Source: Nanobdellota archaeon (lineage in GTDB: Archaea; Nanobdellota; Nanobdellia; Pacearchaeales; GW2011-AR1). From it: 64,000 bases of DNA. The position numbers and the translations under genes are program-made. Below are positions 55,939 through 64,000 of this stretch, piece after piece. Where the stretch lies: assembly GCA_038045945.1 (NCBI GenBank), contig JBBSXC010000004.1, positions 1-64,000 of the forward strand. Reading direction: 5' to 3'. The notes under the pieces are model-generated. The model was not told the DNA's origin. It ran no database searches and saw only the letters and a program-made list of their open reading frames with translations. Position 1 is the stretch's first letter. Every line of letters begins with the position of its first letter.

Positions 55939-57747
55939 ATGAACGAAGAGATTAATATGTCAAAAACAGAATGGGATTTAGAAATACTAAAAACTAAAGG
56001 GGATGAACAGTTCGATAATTATTGGAACAAACTTGAAAGAAGCTATCAAGAGTTCATAAAAAAATGGAAAGAAAGAAAAGACTACTTAGAAAAACCAGAA
56101 GTACTAAAAGAAGCGTTAGATGAATACGAATTATTATTACAAGAATACGCTTCAGGTGGAAGAATAACTTATTATTATGCTCTAAGAAACCAACAAGACC
56201 AAAACGATATAGAAATAAAAGCAAAACTAGCAAAAATCGAGGATAAAGCAACAAAACTAGGTAATGAAATACAATTCTTCTCACTAAACATAGCAAAAAT
56301 ACCGATAGAATCACAAAAATCTTTCTTAACAAGCAAAAGTTTAACAGATTACAAACACTTTTTAGAAAAATCTTTTTCTGAAAGCGCGCACTTATTAACA
56401 GAACCTGAAGAAAAAATAATGAACCTAAAAGCTAGCACTTCACACTCAAAATGGGTTGAAATGGTAGAGAGACTGATATCAAAAGAAGTAAGAAAAATAA
56501 TCATTGATAAAGAAGAAGTAGAAAAAAACTTTTGGGAATTAGTAAGCTTAACAAGCGACACAAAAAAAGAAGTTCGAGACCAAGCAGCAAAATATGTTAA
56601 TGAAATAATAGTGAAAGTTTATGATGTCGCAGAAGAAGAAATTAACGCCATCTTAACAGATAAAAAGGTAGATGACGAATTAAGAAAGTTTTCTCGACCA
56701 GACCAAGCAAGACACTTAGGTGATGACTTAGATACTAGAGTTGTTGATTCCTTAGTCAGAGCAGTAACTAAAAACTTTGATATCCCAAAAAAGTTTTATG
56801 AACTAAAAGCAAAACTCCTGGGGCAAAAGAAGCTTGCTTATCACGAAAGGAATGTCCCTTATGGAAAAATTGAAAAAAAGTATTCTTATGAAGAATCAGT
56901 AAGACTAGTACACGAAGTGCTTAATAATTTAGACCAAGAATTTGGAGAAATATTTAAAGGATTCGTCCAAGGAGGAAACATTGACGTTAAACCAAGAAAG
57001 GGTAAGAGTGGAGGAGCCTTCTGCATCCACTTCGGAAAAAACTTACCAACATACATACTACTAAACCACACAGAAAGACTGCAAGATGTATTAACAATAG
57101 CCCATGAAACAGGCCATGGAATTAATAATGAACTTATTAAGAGGAAACAAAACTCTATAAATTTCGGGACACCAGTATCAACAGCTGAGTGCGCTAGCAC
57201 ATTCATGGAAGACTTCGTACTACAAAAACTAATGAATGATGCTGACGATGAACTTAAGCTAACACTTATGATAATGAAGCTAGGTGATGACGTAAGCACA
57301 ATATTCAGACAGATTGCTTGTTATAATTTTGAATCAGAGCTTCATAAAGAAGTAAGAGATAAGGGCTTCTTGTCAAAAGAAGACATCGGCAAAATTTTTC
57401 AGAAGCATATGTCCGCGTACATGGGACCTGCAGTTGAACAAGACCCGGGCAGCGAAAACTGGTGGGTTTATTGGAGCCATATTAGAAGAATGTTCTACGT
57501 TTATTCTTATTCCTCTGGGCTTCTAATCTCTAAATCAATGCAGAACAAGGTTAAAAACGATAAAAAATTTGTTGAGAAAGTTAAAGAATTCTTAAGCGCA
57601 GGAGAAGCCGACTCTCCTAAAAACATCTTCTTAAAAATGGGCATAGACATCAGCGACGAAAATTTTTGGGAAGAAGGAATAAAAGAAGTAAGAACACTCT
57701 TAGTTGAAACTGAAGAATTAGCAAAGAAACTAGGAAAAACAAAGTAA
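55939..57747 (+). CDS. pepF: M3B oligoendopeptidase F
   Basis: WDL N-terminus, GKSGGAFC, HETGH, AECASTF and FYVYSYS. Confidence 0.94.
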   Translation: MNEEINMSKTEWDLEILKTKGDEQFDNYWNKLERSYQEFIKKWKERKDYLEKPEVLKEALDEYELLLQEYASGGRITYYYALRNQQDQNDIEIKAKLAKIEDKATKLGNEIQFFSLNIAKIPIESQKSFLTSKSLTDYKHFLEKSFSESAHLLTEPEEKIMNLKASTSHSKWVEMVERLISKEVRKIIIDKEEVEKNFWELVSLTSDTKKEVRDQAAKYVNEIIVKVYDVAEEEINAILTDKKVDDELRKFSRPDQARHLGDDLDTRVVDSLVRAVTKNFDIPKKFYELKAKLLGQKKLAYHERNVPYGKIEKKYSYEESVRLVHEVLNNLDQEFGEIFKGFVQGGNIDVKPRKGKSGGAFCIHFGKNLPTYILLNHTERLQDVLTIAHETGHGINNELIKRKQNSINFGTPVSTAECASTFMEDFVLQKLMNDADDELKLTLMIMKLGDDVSTIFRQIACYNFESELHKEVRDKGFLSKEDIGKIFQKHMSAYMGPAVEQDPGSENWWVYWSHIRRMFYVYSYSSGLLISKSMQNKVKNDKKFVEKVKEFLSAGEADSPKNIFLKMGIDISDENFWEEGIKEVRTLLVETEELAKKLGKTK

Positions 57748-57787
57748 TCACAACTATTCTTTTAAACTAATAAAATATTAAGTTTTT

Positions 57788-58537
57788 ATGCCAGAACTAA
57801 GAAGACTTGAGGAATATGGACCATTCTTTACCAATAACGATAAACCTTTAGACATTGAGAGGTTGAGAAAACTTCATGAACTCGTAGGAGAATTTAGAGA
57901 ACAATTTCTAACAAATAAAGACTTACAAGATTTACTCATGAATAGAGGGTACGAATTAGAGGAGGAAGACAGACCAAGTTCATGGTATGAACTAACTGGC
58001 GGACCGCCAACATTAAGAGTTCAAAACGCTAGGCATCTAACAGCAGTTGAGGTAATGATGGATTTAGCAACAAGACCAAGACTTGTAGCACTGGAAAAAA
58101 CTAGGATACTAATTCCTGGAAAAAAAGACGAAACTAGAGTAATTACTCCTGAAGGTTATGACGCAGGAAAAGTTGAAATTCTTCAAAGAGAATGGATGGA
58201 AAACAGCGATATAACACCAACAATTAGGGAATATAGAGATTTGTTAACTGCTTCTTTAGACGAATTCAATTTACAATTAGTTCTAAGTATGACCTTTAAT
58301 GCAAGTAGAAGCGCATTCATCGATGAAAAATGGGAATCAGGAAGACTTCAAAGACGAACGCAAGAAATAGTTTTTCCGAATGGATATTCCGCCCTTGACA
58401 ACGGATATTACAATTTTGCTAGAAGAAAATTCTTCCATTGTGCGGCAACATACGAAAAACTTCAGGAATCAGGATTTGCTAGAAGATTCACTTTAACACA
58501 AAAAGAAGCAATAACTGGAAAAATCGAGAATAGATAA
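57788..58537 (+). CDS. Hypothetical protein (orphan)
   Basis: 249-aa ORF with its own TATA TTTTAAA; no motif recognised. Confidence 0.72.
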   Translation: MPELRRLEEYGPFFTNNDKPLDIERLRKLHELVGEFREQFLTNKDLQDLLMNRGYELEEEDRPSSWYELTGGPPTLRVQNARHLTAVEVMMDLATRPRLVALEKTRILIPGKKDETRVITPEGYDAGKVEILQREWMENSDITPTIREYRDLLTASLDEFNLQLVLSMTFNASRSAFIDEKWESGRLQRRTQEIVFPNGYSALDNGYYNFARRKFFHCAATYEKLQESGFARRFTLTQKEAITGKIENR

Positions 58538-58542
58538 TAAAT

Positions 58543-58593
58543 TTAATAACAGAAACGGAGGAATTAGCAAAGAGGTTAAGGAAGATAAAATAG
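58543..58593 (+). pseudogene. Diverged duplicate of the last 16 codons plus stop of pepF
   Basis: Translates LITETEELAKRLRKIK* vs LLVETEELAKKLGKTK* (57697-57747); shared core GAATTAGCAAAGA. Confidence 0.85.
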
Positions 58594-58632
58594 ACTTATA
58601 GCCTAAACTAAGCTCTTAACTTTTTAATGATC

Positions 58633-59388
58633 TTATTTATTTTTGAAATATTCTCTTAATACCGGTTCTTGCATTACTGCGTGTAATGATCCCATAACTG
58701 CTAAAACTCTCTTTTCTTTCTCTAGTTCCATCGGTATAATCTCCACACAATGAAGATCTCTCAAGACACTTGAGCGACGCGCTACACTATTAAAAACTGA
58801 AGGTTTGCTCGAGCCATATGGGCGAAACATTGCTCCGTTGAGCGAGGTTATATCAAAGTCTTCTCCAAATATCTCTTTGTATGTTCCTTTTATGTTTTCG
58901 AACGAGTAATCAAATTCTTTCCAGGGACTCTTATCCTTGAAACTTCTTATTATGCGTTCTATATCTGCAGTTTCTGGACGAAACTTAAGAGCTTGTCGTA
59001 AATTTCGTAAGACAAAAAAAGCAAATAACGTCTTTTGAGAGTATTCACTTTCTAACGCAGATAGTTCTTCTCTTCTCGTTAGGTCCCATCCTCTCACCTG
59101 GAGGTTATCCTTTTTTGCTAGAAATCCCGCATAAGCGTTTTCTCCTTTGTGTATTGCTTCTTTCTCTGTTTTACTCTCATCTGTTTGCCAGTTTCCTTCT
59201 AATAATACTACTTTTGGCTTGAAACTCTCAAGCTCTCTTTCTAGGATTGATAATTGAGGATCTCGAGGATTATTAGTATGACTCGTTCCAAAGACACAAA
59301 GATCAAAAGCATTAGCCCTTAGTCTGTATGTGTATGGTAGATCATACTTTATTGCGATACATTCTTCATGTGTAAGAAGTTTGGCCAT
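58633..59388 (-). CDS. Hypothetical protein, possibly TraB/Tiki-like fold
   Basis: FGTSH..VVLLEG..GE..RD..VMGSLH pattern. Confidence 0.7.
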   Translation of the reverse strand: MAKLLTHEECIAIKYDLPYTYRLRANAFDLCVFGTSHTNNPRDPQLSILERELESFKPKVVLLEGNWQTDESKTEKEAIHKGENAYAGFLAKKDNLQVRGWDLTRREELSALESEYSQKTLFAFFVLRNLRQALKFRPETADIERIIRSFKDKSPWKEFDYSFENIKGTYKEIFGEDFDITSLNGAMFRPYGSSKPSVFNSVARRSSVLRDLHCVEIIPMELEKEKRVLAVMGSLHAVMQEPVLREYFKNK

Positions 59389-59412
59389 CTATTTAGACCC
59401 TGCCTGGATTTT

Positions 59413-60513
59413 TCATTCAACGAATTCTATTCCTAATTCGTCGCTCATCTCCATTTGTTTTCTTTCTTCAGGAGTTGATGATGAACTACCAACTATTTGT
59501 GATGATTTAACACCAGTAACAATTACTAAAACCCTTATTGATTTATCCATGTCCTCAGATATTTGTGCTCCACCAATCATTCTAGCATCAGGGTTAAGTC
59601 TAGTACCAACGTATTCCAAAACCGTTTTGTACTCATCAAGACTTAAATCGTTACCACCGATAACATTAACTAAAGCTCCTTCAGCGTTACTAATATCAAC
59701 ATCTAATAGAGGATTCTGAATTGCTTTCTCAACAGCTTCAGTCGCTCTCTGAGCAGAATCAGATTCTCCCATACCAATCATTGAAACGCCACCATTAGAC
59801 ATAACAGCCCTAACATCAGCAAAATCCAAATTAACAAGACCTGTTTTTGTAACTAATTCAGTAATACCTTTAACGGCATTGGTTAATATTTCATCAGCAA
59901 TTTTGAAAGCAGTAGGTAAAGGTAATTCTGGGGCTAATTCTAAAAGTTTATCATTAGGAATAACTATCAAGGTATCAACAATTCCCTCAAGTCTTTCAAG
60001 ACCATAATAAGCATTCTCGATTCTCTTATTACCTTCAATAGTGAATGGTAGGGTAACAACACCTATTGTTAGCGCTCCTTGTTTCTTAGCCAAGTCAGCT
60101 ACAACTGGCGCTGCACCAGTACCTGTTCCACCACCAAGACCACAAGTAATGAATATCATATCAGCACCACTCAACTTCTTCTTAATTTCTGATTCTTGCT
60201 CTCTAGCTGCTTCCTCACCGATTTTAGGATTAGAACCAGCACCTAAACCCTTAGTTAGTTCTCTACCAATGAGTATTTTGTGATCAGCATTAGTGTATAA
60301 TAAGTCCTGAGCATCTGTATTAATAGCGATGAAGTCTCCGCCTTTAATTCCGACCTCTTTCATACGACTAAGAGTGTTATTACCACCACCACCTATACCA
60401 ACAACTTTAACCTTAGCTGACTGTTTCTTAATAAGCTCCTCTAATTCCTTATCAACCTCTAAAAGTTCAGCGCTAGAACTATCATCTCCCCTTTTAGAAA
60501 AAATCTCTGCCAT
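59413..60513 (-). CDS. ftsZ: Cell division protein FtsZ (FtsZ1 type)
   Basis: GIGGGGNN, NTDAQ, GLGGGTGTG and NLDFAD; start taken at MAEIF. Confidence 0.98.
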   Translation of the reverse strand: MAEIFSKRGDDSSSAELLEVDKELEELIKKQSAKVKVVGIGGGGNNTLSRMKEVGIKGGDFIAINTDAQDLLYTNADHKILIGRELTKGLGAGSNPKIGEEAAREQESEIKKKLSGADMIFITCGLGGGTGTGAAPVVADLAKKQGALTIGVVTLPFTIEGNKRIENAYYGLERLEGIVDTLIVIPNDKLLELAPELPLPTAFKIADEILTNAVKGITELVTKTGLVNLDFADVRAVMSNGGVSMIGMGESDSAQRATEAVEKAIQNPLLDVDISNAEGALVNVIGGNDLSLDEYKTVLEYVGTRLNPDARMIGGAQISEDMDKSIRVLVIVTGVKSSQIVGSSSSTPEERKQMEMSDELGIEFVE

Positions 60514-60558
60514 GAAATTAAAAATTGTCAAATAACTATATAAAGATTTATGTGATAT

Positions 60559-61197
60559 TTATCCAAAACTTCCGTCAGGAAATAATCGACTTATGTCAGA
60601 AGAAACTTTAGGAATTTTCTGCCCAGCATCCACAACACGAACTAAACCCTTTCCCAAGTAATGTTTAACAACAGGCTCGGTTTCCTTAGAGTAAAGGTTT
60701 AGTCTTTTCCTAATAGCTTGCGGCTTATCATCATCCCTAACAACTAGTTCTGAATGGCAAGCATCACACTTACCCTTCTTACTACTAGGTTTTGCAGGAC
60801 CATAAATAGCCCTACAATTTGAACATTGTTCTCTGCCAGAAAGCCTCTTAATAGCAGAATTTTCGTTTAAGTCTAAAAGAATAACCCCACCAAGAGAAAA
60901 ATCTTGATCAAACATTCTTGCCTGATTAAGAGTTCTAGGAAAACCATCCAATAAAACATTTTTATCATCACCAATACTTAACAGTTTTCCCTTAATCATA
61001 GAATAAGTTAAATCATCAGAGGCAAGCTCCCCTCTAGCCATTGCTGACTCTATACTTCTGCCAATCTTTGTTTTACGACTTATCTCATCACGAATCATTT
61101 CACCAGTGCTTAAAACAGTATAACCATAACTTTTCGCAATATAATCAGCTTGAGTGCCCTTACCAGAACCCTGAATACCCATAATTGTAAGAATCAT
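60559..61197 (-). CDS. adk: Adenylate kinase, bacterial type with Zn LID
   Basis: GIQGSGKGTQA, LDGFPR, CSNC..CDAC and RDDD. Confidence 0.95.
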   Translation of the reverse strand: MILTIMGIQGSGKGTQADYIAKSYGYTVLSTGEMIRDEISRKTKIGRSIESAMARGELASDDLTYSMIKGKLLSIGDDKNVLLDGFPRTLNQARMFDQDFSLGGVILLDLNENSAIKRLSGREQCSNCRAIYGPAKPSSKKGKCDACHSELVVRDDDKPQAIRKRLNLYSKETEPVVKHYLGKGLVRVVDAGQKIPKVSSDISRLFPDGSFG

Positions 61198-61225
61198 AAA
61201 AAAATTATAGAAACAAGACTTTTTA

Positions 61226-61897
61226 TTACTTATTATTAGAAACTTCTGCTTTCTTCACTTCTTCTTTCTTTTCTTTTACGTCTAAAGTCATTCCTAATAT
61301 CTCTTTGAATTTTCCGCTGAATGCTTCAAGGAAAGGCTTTATTTTAGGATCAATATCCAAAACAACGACTTTTTCTTTTATTTCAAAAGCAATATTATTC
61401 CTAAAATAAAAAAGTATTAGTGACTTAACTTGTTCTTTCAAATCATCAACTTTTTTCACAACTTTTAGATCATAAACTAAGTCCTTACCAGCTAATGGAT
61501 TATTGAAGTCTACAGTTACTCTTCCACCAGAATAAGCCGTGATTTTTGCTGGCATATCATCAAAAGAAAACACTGCTCCAACAACAGGCCTTAAATTTTG
61601 TTTGACGAATACTTCAATAGGCAAAACCTTCATCATCTCTCTCTTTCTTTCACCAAAACCTTCTTTTGGCGTAACATTAACATTATAATCCTTATATAAT
61701 TCCTTACCTATTAAAAATTCGTCAAGCTTAGGTAAAATCATTTGGTGACCAACACATATCACTACTGGTTTGCTTTCCATCTCTAGTCCCATAAGTTTAG
61801 CACTCTCGGGGATATTAGTATCAAAGATTTCTCCATCCTTAACTTTACCAGTGAATCGGAACTCTACAAAATCATTCTTAGCGATAACATTAGTCAT
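61226..61897 (-). CDS. FKBP-type peptidyl-prolyl isomerase (long archaeal SlyD-like)
   Basis: FTGKVKDGEIFDT..PKEGFG.R..VDFNNPLAGK. Confidence 0.93.
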   Translation of the reverse strand: MTNVIAKNDFVEFRFTGKVKDGEIFDTNIPESAKLMGLEMESKPVVICVGHQMILPKLDEFLIGKELYKDYNVNVTPKEGFGERKREMMKVLPIEVFVKQNLRPVVGAVFSFDDMPAKITAYSGGRVTVDFNNPLAGKDLVYDLKVVKKVDDLKEQVKSLILFYFRNNIAFEIKEKVVVLDIDPKIKPFLEAFSGKFKEILGMTLDVKEKKEEVKKAEVSNNK

Positions 61898-61979
61898 AAA
61901 AACTAAAGAAAACAGCGGTTTAAAAATTAATCTGTTGGTAAACCCAATAGTCCAGCCAGTCCATAAGCACCAGAACGAG

Positions 61980-62192
61980 TTACTTACTCTTATCTGCTGT
62001 TTGCGTTTCCACTTTTATACCTAAATCTTTTAGTGCTTTTAGGTGCGCTTGCATTAAGCTCTCTGTTATTTGAACGATTTTTAGTAATTCGTTACGTTCA
62101 GAAACTAAAGTGTTAAGACAACCCTTATGGTAACCAACAACTTCATCACGACTAACAGAAGGATTAACAGAAGAATCTTTCTTAACAGCCAT
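61980..62192 (-). CDS. Small helical conserved hypothetical protein
   Basis: GYHKGCLNTL..ERNEL..H..AL..LG; start taken at MAVKK. Confidence 0.75.
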   Translation of the reverse strand: MAVKKDSSVNPSVSRDEVVGYHKGCLNTLVSERNELLKIVQITESLMQAHLKALKDLGIKVETQTADKSK

Positions 62193-62244
62193 AAATAATT
62201 GGTATGCGAAAAGGTTTATAAACGCTTTCAATTTGAATCATTTA

Positions 62245-62637
62245 ATGGCACGAGGATTAATTAACGCAACAGCAGCAAGAAGCGGAACAGGAATAATAGT
62301 TGATGGAAACGCATGTATCGTAAGAAGTAATGACATATCAAAATCAGGAAAACACGGAGCAAGTAAGTGTAGAATAGAAGCAATTGGAGTAATTGATGGA
62401 AAAAAGAGAGTATTAGCAGTTCCTGGAAGCGTAAGGTTTGAAGTACCAACAATTGAAAAACTTAAAGGACAAGTATTATCAGTAAATAACGGAATGGTAA
62501 ACATGATGGATTTAGAAACATTCGAAAATTTTGATGTACCATTAACAGAAGATGCTAAAGAACTAGGAGTAAAAGACGGAGACAGCATAGAATACTGGAA
62601 TGTTGAAGGAATAAAAATGATAAAGAGAGTAATGTAA
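62245..62637 (+). CDS. eif5a: Translation factor aIF5A
   Basis: Hypusine motif SKSGKHGASK; MDLETFENF. Confidence 0.95.
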   Translation: MARGLINATAARSGTGIIVDGNACIVRSNDISKSGKHGASKCRIEAIGVIDGKKRVLAVPGSVRFEVPTIEKLKGQVLSVNNGMVNMMDLETFENFDVPLTEDAKELGVKDGDSIEYWNVEGIKMIKRVM

Positions 62638-62641
62638 TAAT

Positions 62642-62806
62642 ATGGCAACAAAAATACCAGAAGCAATGAACAGGCTATACAAGAACGTTTTTGTATGCAA
62701 GAATTGCTCATCAAAAATAAGAGTAGACCCAAAAAAAATATTAACTAAAGTAGTTAAGTGTCGAAAATGCGGAAAAAGAGCATTTCGAGCAGTAAAGAAG
62801 AAGTAA
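62642..62806 (+). CDS. rpl40e: 50S ribosomal protein eL40 (54 aa, not in the ORF track)
   Basis: KIPEAMNRL..VCKNC..KCRKCG..FR. Confidence 0.85.
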   Translation: MATKIPEAMNRLYKNVFVCKNCSSKIRVDPKKILTKVVKCRKCGKRAFRAVKKK

Positions 62807-62826
62807 ATGTTAAGGAATAAAAGAGG

Positions 62827-64000
62827 ATGAGCATTCTAATAATATCAGACTTAAGTTTTTTAGTATTATTCACACTAGGGGTAGTATTGTTCTTATATGC
62901 TAATAGAAAAAACATTCATAGAGAAGGGATAATGTACCTTTACAAAACACAATTAGGAGTAAAACTAATTGACATAATAGGAAAAAAGTTCGGCAAAACT
63001 ATAAGATCATTACACTACACAGTCATAGCGTTAGGATACTTATTATTCGCAGGAATGATGTTCATAATAGGTCAAACAATATACATTTATTTAGCAATAC
63101 CACAAATAACAGAAACAATAAAAACACCACCATTACTACCACTAATACCATACTTCCCACAATTATTCGGAGCAGAAAGCCTATTCCCACCATTCTACTT
63201 CATATACTTCTTACTAGCACTAATAGTAGTAGCATTCAGTCACGAATTCTCACACGGAATATTCGCTAGAGCAAACAACGTAAGAATAAAATCAACAGGA
63301 GTAGCATTCTTAGGACCAATACTAGGAGCATTTGTAGAACAGGACGATAAACAAATGACAAAAAAAGACAAAGTACCACAAATGGCAATCCTAGGAGCAG
63401 GAGTATTCGCAAACACAATAATGGCAATAATATTCTTCCTACTACTAGTATTAACATTCAACACAATGTTCCAACCAAGTGGAGTAATATTCTCATCATA
63501 CAGCTATGGAATAGTAAACATGAGCCAAGTAACAAACATCACAAATAACACTGACGGAGTAATGTACATACAAACAACAACACAAAAATACATCACAGAT
63601 AACTCAACATTTAACAAACAAATGAGCAGCAATGAGCAACTAATAATAGCATTCTTAGACGCACCAGCAGTAAGAAACAACATTAGCGGAGCGATAAAAG
63701 AGATAAACGGAATAAAAACAACCAGTTTTGAATCATTCTTAGAAGAATTCTCAAAATACAAACCATCAGATACAGTAACAATAAAAACAACAGTTGGCCA
63801 GTACGAGATAGTACTAGATAAACACCCACTAAACAACTCAAACCCGTTCTTAGGAGTAGGATTTCGAAACACAGATAACCAAAAAATAATAAGTAAAATA
63901 TTCTCATTCAAAAAAGCGAACGTGTATTACGAAGCAAAATTCATGGGAGCAAACTTCACTTACAACTTATTCTGGTGGATAGCAATAATCAACATAATGG
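62827..64000 (+). CDS. Site-2 (M50) membrane metalloprotease with PDZ-like region; runs off the window end
   Basis: HEFSHG at 63241, GAFVEQD and AGVFAN. Confidence 0.92.
   Translation, partial: MSILIISDLSFLVLFTLGVVLFLYANRKNIHREGIMYLYKTQLGVKLIDIIGKKFGKTIRSLHYTVIALGYLLFAGMMFIIGQTIYIYLAIPQITETIKTPPLLPLIPYFPQLFGAESLFPPFYFIYFLLALIVVAFSHEFSHGIFARANNVRIKSTGVAFLGPILGAFVEQDDKQMTKKDKVPQMAILGAGVFANTIMAIIFFLLLVLTFNTMFQPSGVIFSSYSYGIVNMSQVTNITNNTDGVMYIQTTTQKYITDNSTFNKQMSSNEQLIIAFLDAPAVRNNISGAIKEINGIKTTSFESFLEEFSKYKPSDTVTIKTTVGQYEIVLDKHPLNNSNPFLGVGFRNTDNQKIISKIFSFKKANVYYEAKFMGANFTYNLFWWIAIINIM

Overview
Chromosomal window from an AT-rich, reduced DPANN archaeon, most likely Pacearchaeota. The assignment rests on a fused PriS-PriL primase, a pacearchaeosortase-like gene, archaeal ribosomal proteins, Hjc, PCNA and BRE/TATA promoters. 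RNA genes are the 3' ~1.1 kb of 23S rRNA (no linked 5S), an enlarged RNase P RNA, tRNA-Phe(GAA) and tRNA-Pro(UGG). The rest is translation, replication and division housekeeping plus many surface proteins. Main leads: (1) a ~14 kb locus in which a giant Cys-rich protein with a long Gly-rich hydrophobic core occurs both as one fused gene and as two split paralogous halves, among six pilin-like genes; (2) a 23S peptidyl-transferase centre with many substitutions at normally near-invariant positions; (3) a dispersed tandem-hairpin element family, with one copy inside RNase P RNA; (4) a free-standing HTH-LAGLIDADG gene whose 3' end reads antisense through tRNA-Pro; (5) a diverged duplicate of the pepF 3' end flanking an orphan gene; (6) structured 5' leaders on the eS19 and S-layer genes; (7) an unannotated acidic Trp-terminated microprotein. 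All calls are by eye; no searches or folding programs were run.
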